From: Candidatus Thorarchaeota archaeon
Lineage (GTDB): Archaea; Asgardarchaeota; Thorarchaeia; Thorarchaeales; Thorarchaeaceae
Assembly (NCBI GenBank): GCA_046482545.1
Contig: JAWOEX010000037.1
Span: forward strand, 2,030 to 66,029
Length of the DNA: 64,000 nucleotides
Direction of reading: 5' to 3'
The notes under the pieces: model-generated
Seen by the model: the letters and a program-made list of their open reading frames with translations, nothing else
The model's database searches: none
Told to the model about the DNA's origin: nothing
Shown here: one piece after another, positions 56,887 through 64,000 of the stretch
Layout of the letters: each line of letters opens with the position of its first letter
How positions within the stretch are numbered: the first letter of the stretch is position 1
Translations under genes and position numbers: made by a program

Positions 56887-57396
56887 TTGCCCATGAAAGC
56901 TTCGAAATGGTACTTGGGATGGGCTTTGAAGAAGAAAGCTGCAATCATGGCTGTTATTTTCTCTCTATTTCTGGTATTTGCGAATATTCCTTCTGTTAAT
57001 GCTTTGCAATATAATTCTCCGGATACAACATCACAGATTGATGTATCAATCGAGGATGCATACTACGACGATTTGGACAAAGATCTCAAGGAGGATGACG
57101 CTTACGTTCTTCTAAGGTTTGAACTTGCTGATTCTCCCTATTACGAGTTTCACTACATTATCACTCTGGAACTGCCTTCTGGCATCGAGTATTCGTATCT
57201 TGTATATGTTTATGCATGGATTGATGTTGTTTATATTAACAACTTTTTCTATGATCATGTAACTGAAAGTGGTAACTATACAGTCTATGTGACGGCAACA
57301 ATGGTTATACCTAGTTTCGCCACAGATTCTGGATACTATGTATTCGATCCGCCTGGAGGGAGCGAAGGAGGTAAACCAACCTTCGGAGTTTCCTAG
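56887..57396 (+). CDS. Secreted or membrane-anchored beta-sandwich-like protein
   Basis: Signal-like N-terminus; Tyr/Asp-rich beta strands; ends DPPGGSEGGKP. Confidence 0.65.
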   Translation: MPMKASKWYLGWALKKKAAIMAVIFSLFLVFANIPSVNALQYNSPDTTSQIDVSIEDAYYDDLDKDLKEDDAYVLLRFELADSPYYEFHYIITLELPSGIEYSYLVYVYAWIDVVYINNFFYDHVTESGNYTVYVTATMVIPSFATDSGYYVFDPPGGSEGGKPTFGVS

Positions 57397-57474
57397 TGTG
57401 AAGACCGGTGGTGGGATTGCGGTGACCTGTTCTGTTTATTATTCCCAGGCTTCGTCAAGAAGACGTGACTGAAT

Positions 57475-58674
57475 ATGGTCGCTTGGAGCAACTACAACTT
57501 AGACCTCAAAGACTACCTCATATTCCTAAGTCTTGAGAGAGATCCGTCGTTGAGCAACGCGGCTATAAGTAAAGAAGTAAGTCAGAAAGAACCGATTTCT
57601 TCCGAGTCAGTTAGAATCCGAATAAAGAAGATGAAGGAATCAGGCTTCTTACGTCCAGATCGTACAATAGAGGACCCAGTTCTGGGAGAGCGAGCTCAAA
57701 CGGAAGTGGAATCAGTCTATACACCCTCTAAACTTGGACTCCTTCGGCAACACGTACTATTCGATACCATTCCTGACCGCACTGCTCTTGACAAACTGAA
57801 AACCTTCTGTGATTCCCATCCTTACACTCATTTTCGCACAATTGGATACAGTAAAGGAGCTACTCTGTACGTCCAGTTCGACATACCGCCATCAGCTAAG
57901 AATACCATGCGAGACTTGTATGCTGAACTTAAGAAACGTGAACTCTTTACCAACCTTCATGTTTACGACACGCAATCGCTAGCAAAGCGAGAGGCCGACT
58001 TTCACGAATGGAGTTTGGTGGATAACAAATGGTCAATGGAATACGGTACCAAGTCCGCGAAAGGTCGTCATCTGAGTCGTATTGAAGATTTGTGGGAAAA
58101 CTTCCAGAAATCAAATGAAGAACGCGATTTGGAACTGTCACCACCGGATATGAAGTTCGAATTAGATAAATTGGATATGGCTTTGCTAAGGGAACTCACC
58201 ATCAACGGAACACCGGCTATCAAGCCCCTTGGTCCAATATATGATAGGGATGCATCAACAATTTCCCGTAGAATCAATCGACTACAAGAAACAGTTGCGG
58301 CTGATGATATGCTCTACTACGATCGTTCGGTGTTTGACCTCACTTATCCTCAGCTCATAGTAGGTCGATTTCTTGAAGATGACGAGATGGGCGCGGATAA
58401 TCTTTATTGGTTCATCCAGTCTGGAGGTCTCCCATTTCAATCAAAAGTTGCAATAGATAAGGAAAGATTCGTCCTATTCATCACAACTCCTCCATCAGTG
58501 GCTCCTGAAATCTCTGAGTTCATGTGGGAGCATACAGGCGAGGTCGAAATCTTTCAATTACAGCTTGATTCCTCTTTCACGTACTACTTCTATCACAAGA
58601 ACTACTTGGGCAATGGTCAATGGAACACCGATGAGGAATATCTGTTCGATAAACCATTGTCCAAAATAGCGTAG
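57475..58674 (+). CDS. Large Lrp/AsnC-like regulator with two HTH-plus-effector units
   Basis: DYLIFLSL..P.LSNAAISK..SESVRIRIKKMKESG and LDMALLREL..G......ASTISRRINRL. Confidence 0.65.
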   Translation: MVAWSNYNLDLKDYLIFLSLERDPSLSNAAISKEVSQKEPISSESVRIRIKKMKESGFLRPDRTIEDPVLGERAQTEVESVYTPSKLGLLRQHVLFDTIPDRTALDKLKTFCDSHPYTHFRTIGYSKGATLYVQFDIPPSAKNTMRDLYAELKKRELFTNLHVYDTQSLAKREADFHEWSLVDNKWSMEYGTKSAKGRHLSRIEDLWENFQKSNEERDLELSPPDMKFELDKLDMALLRELTINGTPAIKPLGPIYDRDASTISRRINRLQETVAADDMLYYDRSVFDLTYPQLIVGRFLEDDEMGADNLYWFIQSGGLPFQSKVAIDKERFVLFITTPPSVAPEISEFMWEHTGEVEIFQLQLDSSFTYYFYHKNYLGNGQWNTDEEYLFDKPLSKIA

Positions 58675-58811
58675 GGCATTCCATCGATTTTCAAGAGTCC
58701 ATTAGTTACCCTGAGGACAGCGATGATGGCAGGAAAAAGTGAAACGCAGAAGATTCAAGTAGTTCAGTTTGCTCAGTTGTAAGAAAAGAGGTTATCATGA
58801 GGTAACCAAGT

Positions 58812-59603
58812 GTGTTACTAAATCATCTCTCATCCCTGCGGTGTCCAAAATGTCAAGGTAAGCTGAACCTCTCAGACACCTCAAGCGTTTCAACACGAGT
58901 ACTGGAGAATACACTCTACTGTGATAATGGGCACTGTTGGCAGATACAGGATGGAATCGTGTCTCTGCACTATCCCAAATTCCTTCGCAGAAGTAAAAAA
59001 GATGTAAGGAGGAAGATGCTACAAAATCTTTCAAAGATGAAGCACTCTGTCAACTTCAGCATTGAGGATATAATAAAGCCAGTAGAGGATTACGTGCCCG
59101 CTCATGGTGGTGCCCGTATCCTAGAAATGTCTGCAGGCGCGTTTACAAGCTACCTCTTACTCCAGAAAGTCCTCGGTAATCTCGAAGCAACACCCGAACT
59201 GCACGCCTTAGATTCACAGGAAGATAAACTGAATCAATCAATGCACAAAATCTACCAAGCCAACATGCCGGTAACTGGTGTACATGCCAATGAAATACAT
59301 GCACCATACCCTGCTGAGTGGTTTGATTTTGTATTTCAAATTGGTCAGCTAAGCACCTTCGAAAGCAAGGAGTCACTACTGAAAGAAATGTTGCGTCTAG
59401 TTGCACCGAGCGGGTCAATAGTGCTGCTTGACTGGGGCATGTCGCCAAGAATGAGAGATAAGGGGAGTAGCGAAAGGCTGCTAGAGAATCTTCAGCCCCT
59501 CACCAATAGACCCCCCCTAGAGTCGCTACCTAACGAAGTAGATAGCGTGGAGATAGAGTATATAGCACAGGATTTGATGTTTAGTATCCGAATGCGAAAG
59601 TAG
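58812..59603 (+). CDS. Trm112-like zinc ribbon fused to a degenerate class I methyltransferase fold
   Basis: LRCPKCQG..L.CDNGH.WQI.DGI; ILEMSAG, LDSQ, PYPAEWFD. Confidence 0.7.
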   Translation: MLLNHLSSLRCPKCQGKLNLSDTSSVSTRVLENTLYCDNGHCWQIQDGIVSLHYPKFLRRSKKDVRRKMLQNLSKMKHSVNFSIEDIIKPVEDYVPAHGGARILEMSAGAFTSYLLLQKVLGNLEATPELHALDSQEDKLNQSMHKIYQANMPVTGVHANEIHAPYPAEWFDFVFQIGQLSTFESKESLLKEMLRLVAPSGSIVLLDWGMSPRMRDKGSSERLLENLQPLTNRPPLESLPNEVDSVEIEYIAQDLMFSIRMRK

Positions 59604-59774
59604 TCGGTGAGCACCCGGATACAACCGAGCACTAAGTTGGCTCCCAACTCAGTACTTCTTCTCGCGACAAGTCCTGACTATGATCCTGATTTGAGCGATT
59701 TCGTGTATCATCTTGATTCATAATATTATCATCCGTATTGAATCGAGTAGTAAACAGAGAGGTGCCTACGGCAT

Positions 59775-59879
59775 CTATCTACGATAAATGAAAGCATAGC
59801 AAACTGCGTCTGTTCTCTCTACTTCCCTGTTCTTATTCATTCCAAGTGTTCCTTTCTTTGAATATCTTTCTGAAATCAT
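59775..59879 (-). CDS. 34-aa small ORF
   Basis: GGTGA RBS 6 nt before the ATG; MISERYSKKGTLGMNKNREVERTDAVCYAFIYRR; the stop sits in a hairpin. Confidence 0.3.
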   Translation of the reverse strand: MISERYSKKGTLGMNKNREVERTDAVCYAFIYRR

Positions 59880-60051
59880 CTTTTTTCACCATTTTAGTGT
59901 CTTCAACAAACTATTTGTCTATTTATAGTACACACTCAAAAGCATATAAAGGTTTGCTTACCAAAGTATTCCAATCAAAAAAGTATAAGGTTTAAACGTT
60001 AAACTTTAAAATGGAGGGTTATATAAAATACAAAAGGGAGATGTTCCGGCC

Positions 60052-60819
60052 TTGGTGCACGAAATCGTTTTTGCAGAAGAAACAGACGGCCTCGAAGGAA
60101 TCGAACTGACCCCGGAAGGGAAGAAGGGACAGAAGGAAAGGGAATTTGTGACGGATGTAGAGCGTTCCGAACTACTCGACGACCCGGTGAGGCTGGAGAT
60201 AATCAAAATCCTGAGGCGTGGTATTGAAGACACCCAAACCAAGCGGGAATTCAATGAAGAAAAGAATGAGACAATCATACGCAAGAAGGAAGTGCGTCGC
60301 AATATTATGTCAGTCACCGAAATCGTCAAGGCATCAGAGGGTGAGCAGTTTGAGAAGGTGACGAAGAACCAGGCTTACTACCATTTGCCGAAATTGATTG
60401 AAGGAAATTTCGTGATTAAATATGGTATGATTGAAACAGGAGATAGAACAACCGACTACTACAGGCGGACCGCTAAGAGTTTCGTTCTTACCTCAGGCAG
60501 AATCGTCAGCGGTGAAAAGGAGGTCAGAGAACGAAACGAAGAACATGTGAAACGGCTTTCTAGAGTTTTCAACCTCGGTTTGTCCGAAGAAGATAAGAAA
60601 GAACTGGTGGACCTTCTTGTTCAAGCAGAGAAGATAATCAATGAAGCAAGACCGGAAATTGCAAAGATGATTACCGGTGACGTAGCCGACGAGGAAATTC
60701 TTGACATGTACATGTGGCTGCTGAGAGTGCATGCCTTTGGCGAGGGAGAATGGGTAAATCTTCAGAAGAGAATGCATGATTTACTCTTTGCAGAAATGCC
60801 AGAATCACTTTCCGAGTAA
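60052..60819 (+). CDS. ArsR-like winged-helix regulator with an insertion before the HTH
   Basis: LDDPVRLEIIKILR, MSVTEIV, QAYYHLPKLIEG, DYYRRTAK. Confidence 0.75.
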   Translation: MVHEIVFAEETDGLEGIELTPEGKKGQKEREFVTDVERSELLDDPVRLEIIKILRRGIEDTQTKREFNEEKNETIIRKKEVRRNIMSVTEIVKASEGEQFEKVTKNQAYYHLPKLIEGNFVIKYGMIETGDRTTDYYRRTAKSFVLTSGRIVSGEKEVRERNEEHVKRLSRVFNLGLSEEDKKELVDLLVQAEKIINEARPEIAKMITGDVADEEILDMYMWLLRVHAFGEGEWVNLQKRMHDLLFAEMPESLSE

Positions 60820-60881
60820 TGGCAAATCACCTTCAAGATATCTTACACTCGACATCCAGTAGAAGAGTGGTTATTCATGAA

Positions 60882-61292
60882 TTAGAGTTGATCTTTGAGA
60901 GTGAGGGCGGTTCTTGCAAGATCGACGATTGCAAGATCTGGTTCGGATTCAGTTTTTGCCCAAGCAACTAGCCAAATCCCACTCTCAACTCGACACATGA
61001 GAATGTGACCATTCTTTTTGGCTGATGCTATGTAGTAATCTGATTGGGCATCAACTTGTATGTAGGGCTTCCCCTCGATCACAATAGCCGGCGCATTATT
61101 GTCAAATGCTTTGCCGAGTTGTTGTGTATCATCGGCTAGATTCCAATTGTTCGTTTGCCAGATGATGCGGTTATCCTTGCAGACAGCAAATGCTCCAATT
61201 TTAGAATTGTTTTCATAGAGAAGAGTCCAAGAGTTTTCGATACTGCTCAGCGGTATACTCTCCTTATAGGTGGATATGGCACGGCATAGCAT
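60882..61292 (-). CDS. Divergent profilin-like protein (copy 2)
   Basis: IGAFAV..IIWQTNNWNL..Y...IA...GH..W.VAW..PD..VD..R; aligns over its full length with the neighbouring profilin. True start may be 61292 or the CTG at 61250. Confidence 0.7.
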   Translation of the reverse strand: MLCRAISTYKESIPLSSIENSWTLLYENNSKIGAFAVCKDNRIIWQTNNWNLADDTQQLGKAFDNNAPAIVIEGKPYIQVDAQSDYYIASAKKNGHILMCRVESGIWLVAWAKTESEPDLAIVDLARTALTLKDQL

Positions 61293-61334
61293 TCGTAGCT
61301 GTCAAAGTATTCCTGTAACCCTATTGCTAAAGGA

Positions 61335-61715
61335 CTATAGCTTGCCTTTCAATGACTTGGCTGCACGATCTACGTCAACGTAGATTCCATCCGGAGCGGC
61401 ATCTTTACTTGCCCAAGCACAGACCCACTTGCCATCTTCGATTTTGGCAAGAACAAAGGTACCATTTCCCTGGACGTTTCTTGCTACCAAGCTATCAGGA
61501 GTTGTTCTGAGTGTGCTATATTTAACCTCGTTCTGCGTGACGCTCGTTGCCTCGTTCTTGACAGCTGAAATCAGGCTTTGAGCATCAGGCTGTAAATCCC
61601 AGTTGTCGCTCTGCCATAAAACGTCGCCACTTTCAGAAATCACGCCAAAAGCTTGAATCATTTCATTGGAATCTTCATATGCTTGTGTGTATGCTTCCAT
61701 TATAGGGTCAGACAT
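61335..61715 (-). CDS. Asgard-type profilin (copy 1)
   Basis: AFGVI..SG..LWQSDNWDL, KY..LRTT..LVARNVQGNG..V match Asgard profilin patterns (QTENWD, KY, N..G.G) as I recall them; 126 aa from ATG 61715. Confidence 0.82.
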   Translation of the reverse strand: MSDPIMEAYTQAYEDSNEMIQAFGVISESGDVLWQSDNWDLQPDAQSLISAVKNEATSVTQNEVKYSTLRTTPDSLVARNVQGNGTFVLAKIEDGKWVCAWASKDAAPDGIYVDVDRAAKSLKGKL

Positions 61716-61834
61716 TTGTTGTTCACCCATACTTGATTCGTAGGGGGTATACATCCATTTAAACAAATTCTTGATGGCTACCCAAAGACTTGTTATACTC
61801 AAGGTAAGCAACAAATACCGGAGATTATCCCCCA

Positions 61835-62149
61835 ATGTCGGTAAGCAAAGAAGTCATCTGGCAGGCCGATGCTGGAACGTTCCTGCGGGTATTCGTGAGA
61901 CCAAGGTCTGGGAAACGTAATCTGCTTGAGGAAATGAACGAGAACAATATAAGGCTCAATCTCAAATCCTCAGCGAGACGAGGGAAGGCTAACAGGGAGT
62001 TGCTGAAGCGGGTATCAAAGGTATTAGGGATATCATCAGGCGACATCGCGCTGGTCGCAGGACAGCGGTCGAGAGACAAAACATTGCTCATTCCCGGGAT
62101 GAAACCAGATGAAATCATCAAAGCGTTCAAGAATCTGAAAGACGAGTAG
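61835..62149 (+). CDS. DUF167/UPF0235 (YggU-like) protein
   Basis: VFVRPRSGK, GKANRELL, G..SRDK. Confidence 0.85.
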   Translation: MSVSKEVIWQADAGTFLRVFVRPRSGKRNLLEEMNENNIRLNLKSSARRGKANRELLKRVSKVLGISSGDIALVAGQRSRDKTLLIPGMKPDEIIKAFKNLKDE

Positions 62150-62278
62150 ACCAAAGCCTCTTCTACAAATACACCGAGATTTACTGGGATGGATCATGGT
62201 AGCTGGATATTTGATTCTGAGAGAAGAAGACAAGTCAACACAGTTCATTCCTGCAGGTCTCTTTTCAGCCGGACTTTT

Positions 62279-62452
62279 CTAAATCTTCTTCAATCTATGG
62301 CACAGACGATTGTCAAATCCAAGAATCATTGTTACAATTGCCATTGATACAATATTGCTGTATGCTTGAATTTTCAAGGCAGCCTCAAACAAGAAACAAC
62401 TAGTAATCGTCGTAGCAACAATCACACTCCACTCCTGTTGCAGGATAGTCAC
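62279..62452 (-). CDS. Possible 57-aa hydrophobic ORF coupled to the upstream gene
   Basis: GTG overlaps the upstream TGA (GTGA); two hydrophobic stretches. Confidence 0.25.
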   Translation of the reverse strand: MTILQQEWSVIVATTITSCFLFEAALKIQAYSNIVSMAIVTMILGFDNRLCHRLKKI

Positions 62453-63834
62453 TGGCTTCTATTATTTCCAAAGGTTTCTTCTAAGACAGCATCCCACTCG
62501 TCCCCTTCTTGAGTAGCACCTTTCCTAGCTGGTTGAGGAGGGTTTTCTTTTGCACTTTCCTTCATCCTCTTTCTTCGTTCTTCTTGTATCCGCTTCTGTT
62601 CGCGTTCAGCATCTGTCATTTCTAACTCATCAATCTCTTCGGTTCCGCTAAGCCATCCAATAACCAACGCAGTAAAGGGGAAAAGCAAAATAATCGGAAC
62701 AAGTAGAAGGAGAACTATCTCAGGCTGCAGAAGCTCAACACTGTTTGCTATACCCGGCGGTAGTTGAAGAAACGAAAGGAACATCATTGGATTCAGAAGA
62801 ACAAATGACAGTAGAACAACACTTGCAAGACGAATACCAGAGCCAACCACAGTAGATCCAATCACATAACGCTGAGAGGGTGCTGCTGCCCGAGCAGTGA
62901 GCTCGTCTCTCGTTTGCGGATTCTGCTCTAGCAAATCATCCACGTAATGCTGTAGCCGCCGGACATCGCTAATTGCATCCAGATTCTCGAGAATGTCCTT
63001 ATCTCCGAGTACTCGCCTTTCAATCGCCTCACGGAGGTACGAGAAGATAATTGCGCCAGAAGACCTGCTCATGGCACTGCTGCTGACTTTATCCTCTCTT
63101 TCGATTGCATCTTGTTTCCTCGTAGCTTGACGAAGGGCAAGAAGCTGCTTCTTGAGTGTCTCCTCGCGTTCCTCCACAGGTTTACCAACAGAATAGCTAT
63201 ATACCATCTGATAACTAACTTCAAGGTAAGCAAAGGACACCAAGGCAAGAATTTGGACTGAACTGGTTGCGAACTCCAGAATGTTGGTTGGAAATACTGT
63301 GAAGTTGGGAATACCAAGATTCCGAAAAGCTCCAATAATGAGAATGGATTGCATCGCTATGAATGCGCCTCCAACAAATCGGTGTTCCAGACGATAGAGA
63401 GATTGAAGGAATAATGCAACAGCAACGCCTGCACAGAAGAAGTACAGGAAGATGAAAGTTTGGTCCCACAAGGAGAAGACCAGCGACAAAATATTGCCCT
63501 GGATTGATGCGAAAATCTCTTGGGCACTGGTAAACGGGCCACTAACCCCATAGGGTTGCAGATACCACATTCGAAGAATGAGCGTATTGTACAGTCCAAT
63601 AATCAATTCGCTCGCGGCACCATTGGCCCCCACTAGAGTCATCAAACCCACAATAGTCGTGATTGCTACCAAAAAAACAAGAAGAGACAACAACCTAAAT
63701 ACTGTAACGACAAACACGTATGGTCCACCCCAAGACCAAACACCAGATGGATAAAGCAGTGAATAGACCAACCAAGCTAGATATACAAAGAGAACGGTTG
63801 AGGCTATCCTGAGAATCCATGTGACTATCTTCAA
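62449..63834 (-). CDS. Multi-pass membrane protein with a cytoplasmic coiled coil
   Basis: About 7-8 TMs; EEREETLKKQLLALRQ coiled coil; charged C-tail. Confidence 0.7.
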   Translation of the reverse strand: MKIVTWILRIASTVLFVYLAWLVYSLLYPSGVWSWGGPYVFVVTVFRLLSLLVFLVAITTIVGLMTLVGANGAASELIIGLYNTLILRMWYLQPYGVSGPFTSAQEIFASIQGNILSLVFSLWDQTFIFLYFFCAGVAVALFLQSLYRLEHRFVGGAFIAMQSILIIGAFRNLGIPNFTVFPTNILEFATSSVQILALVSFAYLEVSYQMVYSYSVGKPVEEREETLKKQLLALRQATRKQDAIEREDKVSSSAMSRSSGAIIFSYLREAIERRVLGDKDILENLDAISDVRRLQHYVDDLLEQNPQTRDELTARAAAPSQRYVIGSTVVGSGIRLASVVLLSFVLLNPMMFLSFLQLPPGIANSVELLQPEIVLLLLVPIILLFPFTALVIGWLSGTEEIDELEMTDAEREQKRIQEERRKRMKESAKENPPQPARKGATQEGDEWDAVLEETFGNNRSQ

Positions 63835-64000
63835 AATAGTGCCACACCCCCGCGCTTAGCTTTCTCATATTGCTCAATTACCGTCGGAAGGAAGTCTTCT
63901 GGACCCACATTGATTACTTCAATGCCAAAACGAGAGAGAGCCCTCCCGATCTTCATGCGGCGTTCCCATAGCTCTTCAGACACTGCTTCTGCCAGCACTT
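63831..64000 (-). CDS. 3' end of a DUF58-like (MoxR-associated) protein, partial
   Basis: My translation: ..EELWERRMKIGRALSRFGIEVINVGPEDFLPTVIEQYEKAKRGGVALF-stop; the TGA overlaps the TTG of the next gene. Confidence 0.55.
   Translation of the reverse strand, partial: VLAEAVSEELWERRMKIGRALSRFGIEVINVGPEDFLPTVIEQYEKAKRGGVALF

Noticed and set aside
14177-60860. 13-bp match CTCGACATCCAGT in two intergenic regions (about 14178 and 60848)
   Set aside because: Matches of this length are expected by chance in 64 kb.
1170-63877. Numerous 60-140 aa ORFs antisense to or nested in called genes
   Set aside because: Shadow ORFs on the opposite strand or in other frames of well-supported genes, with no independent evidence.
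1-64000. CRISPR array, rRNA, intact IS/integrase or inteins
   Set aside because: No regularly spaced repeats, rRNA signatures, complete transposase or integrase ORFs, or intein termini were seen.

Overview
64 kb of archaeal DNA, most likely from an Asgard archaeon (Thorarchaeota-like). This is inferred from a tandem pair of profilin-fold genes, a large membrane-anchored protein with a cytoplasmic longin-like domain, an archaeal/eukaryotic-type uS19, FEN1 and archaeal-type PEPCK. Most of the window is densely packed housekeeping and accessory genes: DNA repair (MutY, Nth, a FEN1-family nuclease, a resolvase-like nuclease), peptide and sugar scavenging (S8, M20 and gluzincin-like peptidases, MFS and ABC transporters), redox and stress (EtfAB with a ferredoxin domain, LarA, flavodoxin, MsrB, DJ-1, TspO-like, MscL) and several gene remnants. 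I found no rRNA, tRNA, CRISPR array or intact mobile element. The most interesting items are: (1) a GC-rich (about 60 percent by hand count), minus-strand structured RNA candidate at about 150-546 that I could not assign to a known class; (2) two divergent tandem profilins; (3) a receptor-like ectodomain-TM-longin protein; (4) a DPM2-like small membrane protein next to a phosphomannomutase-family gene; (5) smaller anomalies, namely a 45-aa insert in an ABC nucleotide-binding domain, a CX5R phosphatase lacking the general-acid Asp, a FEN1 without a PIP box, a bacterial-type SpeA and palindromic operator candidates. All family calls are from motif recognition by eye; no database search was run. 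Several start codons were moved relative to the ORF track.
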